Both the position numbers and the translations under genes were made by a program. From Octopus vulgaris (taxonomy: Eukaryota): a stretch of DNA of 64,000 nucleotides. Below the pieces are notes generated by a model that saw nothing but the letters and a program-made list of their open reading frames with translations, had not been told where the DNA came from and searched no databases. The DNA lies in contig OX597834.1 of the NCBI GenBank assembly GCA_951406725.2, positions 34,162,001 through 34,226,000 of the forward strand, written 5' to 3'. This document shows positions 12,701 through 25,231 of the stretch, one piece after another (the first letter of the stretch is position 1; each line of letters begins with the position of its first letter).

Positions 12701-15700
12701 AATAAGTGATTTAGGGATATGTGTTTTAATATAGATTTAAACAATTTCTGTTTATGAAATTTGCTTACAAAAGCATTGGTTAGCCCAAAGCTTTAGTAGA
12801 AAACACTAGCCCAAGGTGTCGCACTGTGGAACTGAACCCAAGGTTACAAAGTGGGCTTTGATGGGAGATTTAGGGATATACATTTCACAAAAGATTTAAG
12901 GATATGTATTTAAACTGGGCATATGTAGCCGAAATATTCTACTTGTTTTATCATCATCATCATCATCGTTTAACGTCCGTTTTCCATGCTAGCATGGGTT
13001 GGACAGTTCAACTGGGGTCTGGGAAGCCAGAAGGCTGCGCCAAGCCCAGTCTGATCTGGCAGTGTTTCTACAGCTGGATGCCCTTCCTAACGCCAACCAC
13101 TCCGTGAGTGTAGTGGGTGCTTTTTACGTGCCACCTGCACAGATACCAGATGAGGCTGGCAAATGGCCACGATCGGATGGTGCTTTTTATGTGCCACCGG
13201 CATGGGGCCAGACGAGGCTGGCAGCAGCCACAATCGAAACAAACCCTATCTGACCTCTTACACCTACCTTACAATGTCACTCTATGATCAAACAACCACA
13301 TCATCAAAATCTATGAGATAATGCATTGCCTTTGACAGATTTATCTGAGTGTTAAAGGGTTAAGATTAGATTTAAGCTGCTCTTTCCCTTACATTGAGTA
13401 AGTTACATTGTTGTTCCCATGTTGATTTGTTATGGTATTGTCTCAGAAGAAGAAGAAGAAGGAACTAAAAACATATGGTGCCCACATTTTAGACTTAAGC
13501 TGAAAAGAAATTTCTGAAGATATTCCACTTGAGTTCAGTGAGATCCCTCCATTGCTTGAATTGTTTACATTGAATTAACGAGTTGCAAAAAATTGGTTTG
13601 ACAGATGGATGTTAATTTTCTTTAAAAGGCGCACACACACCACACACACACACACACATATACATACCTGTATGTATGCATATATATGTGTGTGTGTGTG
13701 TGTATATATACACACACACATAAATATACATATATAAATACACACATATATACACATATATATACATATATACACATATATACATATATACATACACATA
13801 TGAATATACACACACACACATATATATATTTATTCACGTATAAATATATTCTATACACACACACACACACACTGGCATATATGAAGTAATAAAAACAGAA
13901 ATATTGCCAGCCCCAAAATTGCTCATTAGGGAAGTAATATAGAGAAAAAAAAACTATTGTTTAAGGCTGCTTCTTTCAGCCGTTACCACGAAAAACTGAA
14001 AAATGTTGGCCTAAATTGCAAAAAAAGGAAATAAAAACTATATTCATGTTTATGTTAAGAAATAGAAGAGAAAAAAGAGATTACTTTCTTTTAGTAACTG
14101 ACATTGTATCACATAATGATTATTAGATTTGTTGTTGTTATTGTTGTTGCCGTTTAGCCCTTGGTCAATCTTTATCAAGCAAAGCCACATTCAAAAGAAT
14201 TTTGTCTATTTAGGACTCGTATTTTAGACATACTCCAAGAATCAATTGTCCAAGACCAAACTGACTGGACATATGGAGGAGAAGAGAGCAAGAAGCTATC
14301 AAGATGATTGTGGACTGACATACATACATATATATATAAAGTGGACGTTAAATGATGATGATGATGATCACCATCATCATCATCTTCAACATCTTCATCA
14401 TGCATGTATCTTTTATGCTTTACTTGTTTCAGTCATTGAACTGTGGCAATGCTGAGGCACAACCTTGAAGGTTTTAGTTGAACAAATTAAACCCAGTACA
14501 TTTTCTATTAGTCTGTTGTTTTTTTTTACCAAAAATGGGAATATAAACAAACCAATACCAGTTGTCAGATGGTTGTAAGAGATAAACACTAACACACACA
14601 CATACACACGAGAGGCATTTTTCAGTTTCCATCTACCAAATCCATTCACCAGGATTTGGTCAACCTGAGGCTACAGTAGAAGACACTTGCTCAAGGTACC
14701 TTGCAGTGGGACTGAACCTAGAACCATGAGTTCTCTTCCTCTGCATCCTCTCTACCCCTTGCCCTCCTCCCCATCCCTTGTTGTTGTTCTTCTTCTCCTT
14801 CTTCTTCTTCCTCCTCCTCCTCCTCCTTCTTCTTCTTCTTCCTCCAGCACAGCTGAATGAAGGGCATTCAATTGAGCAACCAAACCCTTCAAACCACAGG
14901 GACAGAGACATGTGGGTTGTATTATTTTTGCCTCGTCTTTATTTTCTTTCTGTTGCAATTTATAGCATAGTTGTTCACAGGTATTCAACTCCCCAAATGA
15001 AATTTACAGTGACAAAGAAATATCTCTGCTTTTGTTACTTAACAGGTCATGCAAGAAAGACTGTCTTTTTGTTGGTGGGTGGGCATGATTCTGCATTGCA
15101 TTTAAATGAAAGGAGACATTGTGTGATAGCTGTAGTAAAAACTGCGAGTTTGCATCGAGGCTGAAAAGTAATCTTTGCCAGCTCATTAATAAGCAAGAGT
15201 CATAATGTGTGTGTGTGTCTGTGAATATATGCGTATGTGTGTCTAACTGTGCCAGTGGATTGCTAACAGCTCCATCCGAGCGGGATCCCTGCCAGAGCAG
15301 CTGTCTGGCTTCCGTGCCGGTGGCTCGTAAAAAGCACCATTTCAGCGTGATCGTTACCAGCGTTGCCTTACTGGCACTTGTGCCGGTGGCACGTGAACAA
15401 AACATTTGAGCAGGATCGTTGCCAGTGCCGCTGGACTGACTCCTGTGCAGGTGACACGTAAAAAACACCATTTCGAGCATGACCATTGCCAGTACCGCCA
15501 GACTGGCCCTCGTGCAGGTGGCACGTAAAAGCATACACTACACTCTCGGAGTGGTTGGCGTTAGGAAGGGCATCCAGCTGTAGAAACTCTGCCAGATCAG
15601 ACTGGAGCCTGGTGCAGCCATCTGGTTTGCCAGACCTCAGTCAAATCGTCCAACCCATTCTAGCATGGAAAGCAGACGTTAAATGATGATGATGATGATA

Positions 15701-16469
15701 TATATATACACACGCGCACACATTTTATATATAATATAATTATATGCATTTATATAGAAACATTGATCATTGAACAAACATGAAATTTGAGTCAACAACT
15801 TTATATATGACATCACATCTCAAACATAAAAGTCCCACCCCGCCTTTTCTTTGGGCTTCATAGTCTTGTGAACTGCATGGCAATCTTACTAGTGTTGTTG
15901 GCACGGAAAAAGCACTCAGTACACGCTCTAAAGTGTTGGTATTAGGAAGGGTACCCGGCCGTAGAAACCATACCAACACTGGAACTCGTTTGTTTATTTT
16001 AGAATCATAATTTACATGTAGAGACATTTTTTTCTCCCTTCCGATTAAAAACAAATTATGTGTTGTATGACTGTTGGGCACGCCCCAGCGCGCGTGTGTA
16101 CGTGCCTGTCCTCCACCTCATTCATAAATTTTGTGAGTATATGCGTGTGTGTAAGTATAGACAGATTTACATACACGTGTACAAGGGGACGTTGGCGAAG
16201 AAAACAAATATCAATAGTAGACCAAAACAAATCTGGCCTTCAAAATGAAAAGATCCCAAATCCATAATGATGATTGTGGTGGTGGTGGTCAGCGTTGATG
16301 ATTGTGACACTGAGGGGGGTGTTGTTGCGGTTAGCGTTGTTGATAATGATCATCACGACGGTATACAGTATTTGGTGTCGACAATTATAACGCTGGCGGC
16401 AGTATAGCTGGTGCTGTTGATAATGCTATTGGTATTTATGTTGCTGGTGATATTGATAATGATGATGAT

Positions 16470-16625
16470 GATGTCTGTTCTTATATTTGTGTTGACAATG
16501 ATGATGATGATGTGTGTTCTTATATTTGTGTTGACAATGATGATGATGATGTGTGTTCTTATATTTGTGTTGACAATGATGATGTGTGTTCTTATATTTG
16601 TGTTGACAATGACAATGATGATGAT
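16470..16625. repeat. Minisatellite, ~33-39 bp unit, about 4 copies
   Basis: tgttcttatatttgtgttgacaatgatgatgat(gat) repeated in tandem. Confidence 0.85.
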
Positions 16626-16789
16626 GATGGTAGTGGTGGTTGTATCGGTGTTAGTATTGACAGTAATATTAAGTAAATAGGGAAATGATTCCACATCTGA
16701 ATCATGTAAAATAATACTTTAATAAATAAAATAATAATACTACTAATAAAAACAAAAATCCCAATAAATAACTTTGGTGTAACGCTGCC

Positions 16790-16830
16790 TGACGGAAATA
16801 CCGGAAAGTAACGAATATTTACGGAAACTA
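16790..16830 (+). promoter_or_regulatory. Putative ABHD14 promoter, three clustered CGGAAA (ETS-like) sites
   Basis: gacggaaata ccggaaagta ... acggaaac, about 120-150 bp upstream of an ATG+donor exon end. Confidence 0.5.
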
Positions 16831-16943
16831 ATCATCGCTTTTTGTTGATATTTCGACTTGTCATGTAAACCTTGTGTTGTTTCTTTTACCGAATTTCTCT
16901 CTTATTTCTAAAACTCGACAGAGTTTTTAAACAACGCTTACAG

Positions 16944-16950
16944 ATGCAAG
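16944..16950 (+). CDS. ABHD14A: Probable first coding exon of the ABHD14A-like gene (ATG CAA G)
   Basis: ATGCAAG|gtaatt, phase 1. Joins in frame to 31125 giving MQDANSFLVKERNIMVAN. Otherwise translation starts at ATG 31160. Confidence 0.5.
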
Positions 16951-17097
16951 GTAATTATTTAATTATATACAATTCATTGACAGACTGGCACACAAGGTTT
17001 GCCTTTCGTTTTATCTTCGGATCTGATATTAACTTATCTTTTACGACTCAAGTGCGTATGACCATGCATATAATCATGTATACACACACATACATAC

Positions 17098-17129
<32 letters not shown>

Positions 17130-17175
17130 ATGTATGTATCAGAAGATTGCGAGTTCGGGTCTCGTCGTGGTCGAG

Positions 17176-17221
<46 letters not shown>

Positions 17222-17514
17222 TAATAAATAAAATATATGCATACATACAAACATATATGTACGTACCTACATCTACATGTATATATACATGCATATATAA
17301 ATATATATACACGTGAGTACAGGACACCACAACTAACATACATACATACACATATGATGTATATGTGTATGTATGTGTGTGTATATATATATATATATAC
17401 TACGATGATCCGGTTCTTGACTGAAGACTGAGGGTTTCGAATGTCCTGTCCGTGTTTATTGTATCGTCTTCTAAGAGTTATACGTTCTTGTCCATGTTGT
17501 ATTTTCTACATACC

Positions 17515-17556
<42 letters not shown>

Positions 17557-17824
17557 CATACATACACTAAATAAAACTCCGCCGTTACATATATATGTAT
17601 GTGTATATATGATACACACACACATAGAATCGATTTGTTTGTGTGTGCAGTGGCCGAATAGTTAAGTTCGCTCCGCAAGTACGTTGTGCCAGGTTCGATC
17701 CCATCCCTATGTACTATATCTTTCGTAGGTGTCTTCCCATACCTTATAAGTGAAACTGGTTAGACGTTGTATCTATAATTCTTAGTTACAGTTTCTATCA
17801 CACTGGTTCTTCCTGAGAATTGCC

Positions 17825-18055
17825 TTAACCCCTTTCGTTACCAACCCGGCTGCAACCAGCTCTGGCTCTGAGTACAAATGTCTTGTTTGCATAAGTTTTG
17901 AATTAAAATCTTCCACCAAACCTTAGTCACAATTTATGTTCCTAACAGTAGCTTAATGATAACTAATTCATTTTACTAAATTCTTTGTTTATATTTAAAA
18001 TTAATTGAAAGAAACAGAGAGCATCTCGACAGAAATACAGTAAAGAAAGGGTTAA
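17825..18055 (+). mobile_element. piggyBac-type MITE, family A
   Basis: ttaaCCC...GGGttaa termini; matches the 3107 and 25003 copies. Confidence 0.85.
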
Positions 18056-18207
18056 TGGTGCACGTGTCTGAAATGCTCACACCATAATTGAGGAAGGAGC
18101 ATGTAATTCCGTTGAACCAACAGCTCAATCCTCATCATTTAACGACGGAGAACCTTATGTATAAATGCATGTATGACTGTAGGCGTGTGTGTGTGTGTAG
18201 GCATTCG

Positions 18208-18537
18208 TATAGAATAAAGTCGGAAATTATCTAGTGGACCAAAAGACTAATTTCTTCGGATCTGTATGTTTTAAGCATCGTAGATTACCGATCGCAGCCT
18301 CACATTTCTGCATATTTTCAGCTTTTTTGAAAATTTCTTCAGATATATTTCAGATCTTCAAAGCAAACTTATAAAATAAAAATAAAATAATGAAACATTA
18401 CAGAAAAGGGCGTGTGCCACACCGCTGCTAGTTTTTTTCTTTTCTTTCTTATAGAAATGCTACGACACTAAAATAACTCACGGATCCGAAGAAACTACGG
18501 TTTTGGTGCACTAAATAATTTCGAAATTTATTCTATA
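18208..18537. mobile_element. MITE with ~70-bp imperfect TIRs
   Basis: tatagaataaagtcggaaattatctagtggaccaaaa...ttcttcggatc mirrored by gatccgaagaa...ttttggtgcactaaataatttcgaaatttattctata. Confidence 0.65.
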
Positions 18538-18908
18538 GAAAGAATTAAAAATGTGTGTGTGTGTGTGTGTTTATCTATACAATATTATAAATTTAATCTC
18601 AACAGCCAATTCATATTACTGAACGGTTTCGTGTTAAAAGAACTTTCCTAGGGTAATTCAACATTCGTCAGATATGGCTGAATGGGTCGAGTATACCTTG
18701 GACTGATTTGTACTGGAGGTCTGAAAATATTTAATTTGGTCTACGAATTCTAGAAATGGTAAAAAAAAAATATCTAGGGATGAAAAAAAAAGTAAAAATA
18801 ACAAAGAAAGCAGGTCCTTAAGCCTATAAGAGCTATGTCCCTTAAATCGGACCTGTTATTTTTTCTTTTTATCATTATCCTGCACACAAGTATTCAAATG
18901 TGTGATTG

Positions 18909-19140
18909 TGGCGAGCTGGCAGAAACGTTAGCGCACCGGGCGAAATGCTTAGCAGTATTTCGTCTGCCGTTACGTTCTGAGTTCAAATTCCGCCGAGGTT
19001 GACTTTGCCTTTCATCCTTTCGGAGTCGATAAATTAAGTACCAGTTATGAACTGGGGTCGATGTAATCGACTTAATCCGTGTGTCTGTCCTTTTTGTCCC
19101 CTGTGTGTTTGGCCCCTTGTGGGTAGTAAAAAGAAATAGG
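18909..19140 (+). mobile_element. tRNA-derived SINE, family 3, with Nin/Deu-like central domain
   Basis: ggcgagctggcagaa...gagttcaaattcc head, then gcctttcatcctttcggagtcgataaattaagtacc. Truncated copies at ~1880-2020(-), 7460-7600(+), 46150-46370(-), 57950-58770(-). Confidence 0.75.
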
Positions 19141-21477
19141 TATGTATCTAGAAAAATTAAGGATGTAGTGAAAAGAGAGAAGGAGGGAGAAGTGGCGGTG
19201 GTGGGGATGAAAGACCTTAAAGTGTATATATGTGTATGTATGTGTATATATAAGTACTGGATGTGTGGGAATATATCATTTTATGTTGAGAGTATTTCAA
19301 ATGTGGTAAAAACAAGCCCTTACTGCTAGGATGGAATTGAGCAGTTGCCTTAAATATATTTCCTGTCGTTAGGACAAAGAGAAAAGATCTTGTTTTTAGA
19401 GTTCAGGAAAGCTCCTGGGTTGAGCAGTTCTTCAGAATAATTCTTTTTTCTGCTAAACAAAGTCTGCATCTGCTACAGCTATTGAGGTAAGTTCTGCTCT
19501 TTTCCAGTAATCTCCAGTCGATCTCATACTGTGCAGTGTTTTCTCTCAATAGCTAGTGCTGTGATTTTATGTCCTTTGATTTGAAAAAAGACTTGCATCT
19601 CTGGAGTCTGTACACCGAGTATAAAATAAATTCTGTTAAATGGGCCCAAAGCAGTCACTAAGGCAGACTGATCATACAGAGGTATGCCACATGTCCACTA
19701 AATGGTCAGTATAACATAAACGTCATTGTATTGAAGGATCCTAGCAAAGCAACAAAAGTACAGAGATGCTTGGTGCAATGGAAGGTTTTTCAAGATCAGA
19801 ATCAACAATCACAAGTTGTCTTTTAAAATTCAAAACAGATGTAATGTCACAACATTGGCAAGACACATTTGGCTACTGAAAACAAAATGCTGTACAATAT
19901 ACCGTTTGCTGGACATTGCTAGAAGTGCAGAGGTTGCCTTAACGACAGTAATGCTCTATAGAGAATATTCCTGTTCTGTTTACAGTATTTTGTTTATAAC
20001 CATGTAACTTAGCAGTTTTGGCAAACGTTTATGTCTACCAAATCCAATCACAAGTGGATTTGGTTAGCCCAAGGCTATTGGAAAAGACACTTGCTCAAGG
20101 TGGCATGCTGTGGAACTGAACCCAGAACCATGTGGTTGGGAAACAAGCTTCTTACCACATAGCCATGTCTGTGTAAATATGCACATTAAATATGTGTGTG
20201 TATGTTTAATGACATGTTTTCATTTTATTCATATGAGGCTTGAGAAAATAAACCTTTAGCCTTGAAATTGACCATATGTGGCCCAAATACCATACCAGTT
20301 CAGTTTTATGTTCAAACCAGTCAGATCCAGGCCCCTCACACCCACCCAACAATAGTCATTCTAAAAATAAGGCATGGCTGTGTGGTAAGAAGCTTGCTTC
20401 CCAACCCCATATTTCTGAGTTCAGTCCCACTACATGGCACCTTGGGCTAGTGCCTTCTACTATAGTCCCAGACCAACCAAAGCTTTGTAACTGGATTTGG
20501 CAGACAGAAACTGAAAGAAGCCCACCATATCTATGTGTGTGTGTGTGTTTTTGCATGTTTGTTCCCCACCACTGCTCCTTGACAACTGGTGTTGATGTGT
20601 TTATGCCCTTGTAATTTAGTGGTTTGACAAAAGATAATTTCCAGGGTCAATTCATTCAACAAGACTTTTTTCATGGCAGTGCCCCAGCATGGCCACAGAC
20701 TAACGACTGCAACAAGTAAAAGATAAATAGTAATCACATCAAAGACATTTCAAAGCTCTAAGATAATGCATGATTAATTCAAAACAAAGTGAATAAATTA
20801 GCATCTCATTAGACAGAGTAACCTGAATGCTAAACTGTTAAGTAACCTTCATCTCAACAACTTCAAAGTTGTTGGCTGCTGGGTGGCAATGTACTGTTTT
20901 ACTGGGCTTAGAAGCCATGATGCTTGGGTGAACATCTGGAATGAAATGTTTTGTGCAAGGAGAAATCACTGCTATCTTTAGTTTCACTGGCAGCACATCA
21001 TCATCATCATCATTATTATTTTAATGTCCGTTTCCCCTGCTGGCATGGCTTGGACAGTTTGCCTGGATTTGTTGAGCCGCAGGGATGCATCATGCTCCAT
21101 GTCAGCTTTAGCATCGCTTCTACTGTTGGATGTCCTCCCCTAACACCAACCACTTTACAGTGTGTACCTGGGGTGGCTTTTTTGTGATCCCCCCCAGCAC
21201 TAGTGCGGTTGTTAAGTTATTTGCAAAACAAGGAAGAACAAGAAAAGGGAGAAAGGAAAAAAACCTTCTTTGCTAAGAGTGTGTGTGTGTTGGAGGAGAG
21301 GGTGTTCAAGGGGGTGGTGAGATTTTTATGCCAGGGACCAGCAGAAGTGTTTTGCTATGGAAAAAATATTTGGCTACCTCACATTTATATAAGGGTGGGA
21401 GTATCTAAGAACAAGGTGAGATGGTACTTTTTGGTTATCTCACCCCCATTAAAAAATTGGGTTATTTTCTCACTATA

Positions 21478-21856
21478 GGAGTGGCTGTGTGGTAAGTAGC
21501 TTGCTTACGAACCACATGGTTCCGGGTTCAATCCCACTGCGTGGCAAGTGTCTTCTACTATAGCCTTAAGCCAACCAAAGCCTTGTGAGTGAATTTGGTA
21601 GACGGGAACTGAAAGAAGCCCATCATTTATATGTATGTATGAGTGTGTGTATATGTTTGTGTGTCTGTTTGTTGCCCTTACATCTCTTGACAACCGATGC
21701 TGGTGTGTTTACGTCCCCGTAACTTAGCGGTTCGGCAAAAGAGACCGATAGAATAAGTACTAGCCTTACAAAGAATAAGTCCTGGGGTCGATTTGCTCGA
21801 CTAAAGGCGGTGCTCCAGCATGGCCACAGTCAAATGACTGAAACAAGTAAAAGAGA
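21478..21856 (+). mobile_element. SINE family 1, near full length
   Basis: Same head, body and tail as the 11800 copy. Confidence 0.85.
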
Positions 21857-23149
21857 TTCAATAAGATGTTTCGTCTTTCCACTTTCTTGTTTTGTTTTAT
21901 TGAGGGTTAAACAATTTTTTTAGTTGAGGGAGATAACCAAAAGTACCGATATTTGTCGTAAAACTGGGGAAGAGAACCCAATTTTTTTATAGGAGGGGGT
22001 GAGTTGCCAGAGCAAAACTTTCAAGAAGCAAGAAATGATACAAGCAGCGGATCAGGAGGGAGAGTAACAGATGGTTAGATATCCTGTATTTCTGAGTTCA
22101 GTTCCACTGAATGGCACTTTGGGCTAGTGTCTTCTATTATAGTCTCAGGCTGACCAATGCCTTGTAATTGGATTTGGTAGATGGAAACTGAAAGAAACCC
22201 ACCATATATTCAGTTGACCAAAGGCAATTGTAGAAGACACTTGCTCAAGCTGGCATGCAGTGGGACTGAACCTGGAACCACGTGGTTGAGAAGCAAGCAT
22301 CTTACCACATAGCCATGCTTGTGCCTATGTGCTTTCTTTTTTAATAAAGTAGAATGTGGTTTGAGGAAGATTTGACAGGTGTTCCTAGCAAATCAGATGA
22401 CCATATAGAGGCTTTCTTATTGGTATATATGTAATATGTGTGTGTTTGTGTGTGTAGAGTTGTTGTGCATATCAGCACTTATCAAGTAAACCTGTAATAA
22501 AAAGGTGCTGTGAAGATTTGGTTACTATTTTTAGCAATATGATTGACCATATAGATCACGGGTCCCAAACTTTTTAGACCATCGACCTTGACCCCTCATC
22601 AACCCCCAGGCATGTACAAGAAAATAAATACTAATAATAATTAAATAGATCAGATTGGAGTCTGGTGCAGCCTTCCAGCTTACCAGCCCTGGACAAAATG
22701 TCCAATCCATGCCAGCATGGTCAACAGATGCTAAATGATGATGATGATGATGATGATGTTGTGTATTTATCAACCCCTTGAATAGTCCCATCGACCCCCA
22801 GGGGTTGATATCTCCACTTTGGAGACCCCTGATATAGATGTTCTCTTACTGGTTAGACTTTTAAGGTGATGAAGGTGGTGTTGGTATTAAGAATGCTGGT
22901 GAAGATGGTTGTGGTGTCAAGTGGAAGTGAGAGGGGGTAACAGTGATGGTTGGTGATGGTGATGGTGATGGCAGGGAATTGTGAAGATGATTGTGACCTT
23001 AGGATGGTAGTATGTGGTAGTGGTGGAGATTTTAGTGTGTGTGTGTGTTTTAGATGAGTTGTAGCAAGTTTGGAATTTGCTTCATTTTATTGCTGGATGA
23101 GAGGCCACTTATAACATCAAAGTGATTTAGTGATTTAAGACATGCTATA

Positions 23150-23870
23150 AAGAGGAAGGGGGAGGAATTTTATAGCACGTAGGGGGTGGGAGGTGGTGGT
23201 TGGGGGTGGTATTAGAGGAATTGGAGTGAGGGAGGCACAGTGGGAGTGGAAGATAGAGGGAGAGAGGTGGGGGAGGAAATGAATAGATTAAGAATGATTT
23301 GAGGAAAAAAGAGCTTGAGAGGGGGAGGGGGAAGGCAGGAATAGATAAAGGAGTGATAGAGATGAGGAAAAGGAGGAGGTGAAGAGGAGATAGGGAGTGG
23401 ATAGATAAAGAAGTGATAACTTGGGAGGGAGAGAGAGAGGAGTTTGAGTAAAAATATATTGACAGATAAAGAGGGAGGAATAGAAGGAGGTAAAGATGAA
23501 AAAGCTACAGAGAGAGGGGGAGAGATATAAAAAAAAAGCAAGAAATAGAGAGAGAGGGGGAGAGATTTAAAGAAAGAAAGCAAGAAATAGAGAGAGGGAA
23601 GAGGGGGAGGGAGAGTAGAATAGATTTTTTTTTAAAAATGCAAAAAATACAGAAAGAGGGTGGGGGAGAAGGAGAGGAATAGATAAAAGAAAGCAACAAA
23701 CAGGGAGAGAGAGAAGAACTGATAAAAAGCAACAAATAGAGAGAGAGAGAGAGAGACTGATCGGGGTGGGGGTGGGGAGAGGAATATCTAGAGATAAAAA
23801 TATAAAAAAAAAGAAGAGAAATAGAGGCGGAGGTGGTGAAGAACTAGAGAAATATGAGACAGAGGAAGTT
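23150..23870. repeat. Long purine-rich (GA) low-complexity tract
   Basis: About 700 bp almost entirely A/G on the plus strand. Confidence 0.8.
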
Positions 23871-25002
23871 TGTATTTGCATGTTGTGTGTGTGTGTGTGT
23901 GTGTATAATTGTGATAGTACTTAAGGTCAGTTAATCTAGAATAAACTATTTGTAGTTTTTTCTGCAACAGTTGGTGTCCTGTGCCTGTGCAGAAGTGGTG
24001 GTTATTATTGTATGTCTGTGTGTGTGTTTGTGTGTGTGTGTGATCCAACAGCTTGCACACCCATGTCGAATTCTAATGGTCCGTTCAATGCATTTCATTT
24101 GATGAGGTGAGTTGATTTTTTTTGTTTTAAATATGTGTGTGTGTGTGTGTAAAGCCATCTCAAGCCCCACCAGTCCAGTCCTGTCCAGTCCAGTCCAGTC
24201 CAGACTAGACCAGATCAGACCAGACATATGAACAAATCAATCATAATTTATAGACATCTTTGACAACGAAGGACAGAAAAAAACAAAAAACAAAAAAACA
24301 AGTATGTATAGGTGTGTGTGTATGTGTGCTCAAGTTTCTGTATGTGTGTGTATGTTTTGAAAATGTGTTTTGTGAACGTGTGTGTGGTTTTGTAAATGCA
24401 TGTCTGTGTTTTTGTGAATTCTCGTGGTCAATAAACTTTATTTGTCTTCTAAACTTTATAATGTCAGATTTTTACCTTTGCAGACTGTCGCCAGTTTCCC
24501 TGGATTATGAATTTTACTAAATTTTATCATTATATTAACAAAGAGACATTTTAATTAAGTGTGTATGTATGTTATTCTCACTCTATATGTGTTTATATGT
24601 GCATATATAAATTGTGTATTTATGTATATATTATATATTTTTGTGATGATGATGATGATGATGGTGTGTGTGGCTAAAAATGTTTGCATGTGTCTGTTTA
24701 GAAAATGTAGAAAATATCACCAACCCTTACCTGTTTCCAAGATAGGTAATATTTCCTAATAGCCAGACATGTTTTTTACAAAAGCCTGGAAACTAACAAC
24801 CTCGCTTGTATGACAATGATGCTCATTTACAACCATCACACAATGTTAAAGCAAGAGTACACACACACATATTTATACATACATATACAGTAGAACCTCA
24901 CAGAACGAGTGCACCATTGCTGCACAAGCTGAGACTCATGCGAATTTTTGTCTTGAAATATGAGGAGAAATCCGCAGTACAAGCACACAAATCACCCCAT
25001 CT

Positions 25003-25231
25003 TTAACCCTTTCATGACCAACCAGGCTGAAACCACCTCTGGCTCTGTAGTACAAATGTCTTGTTTTCATAAGTTTTGAATTATAATCTTCCACCAAACC
25101 TTAGTCACAATTTATGTTCCTAACCCTAGCTGAATGATAACTAAGTCATTTTACTAAATTCTTTGTTATATTTAAAGTAATTGTAAGAAACACAGAGCAT
25201 CTCAAAATAAATACAGTAATGATAGGGTTAA
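25003..25231 (+). mobile_element. piggyBac-type MITE, family A
   Basis: ttaaCCCTTTC ... GATAGGGttaa. Confidence 0.85.

Noticed and set aside
14778-15164. 128-aa ORF with a hydrophobic start and an exon-like segment
   Set aside because: The N-terminus is a CTT/CTC microsatellite, with no homology or partner exons.
19371-19487. Open exon-like segment ending in GAG|gtaagt in ABHD14 intron 1
   Set aside because: No recognisable protein similarity, splice phase does not fit the ABHD14 model, and it seems to lie in a decayed antisense LINE-like region.
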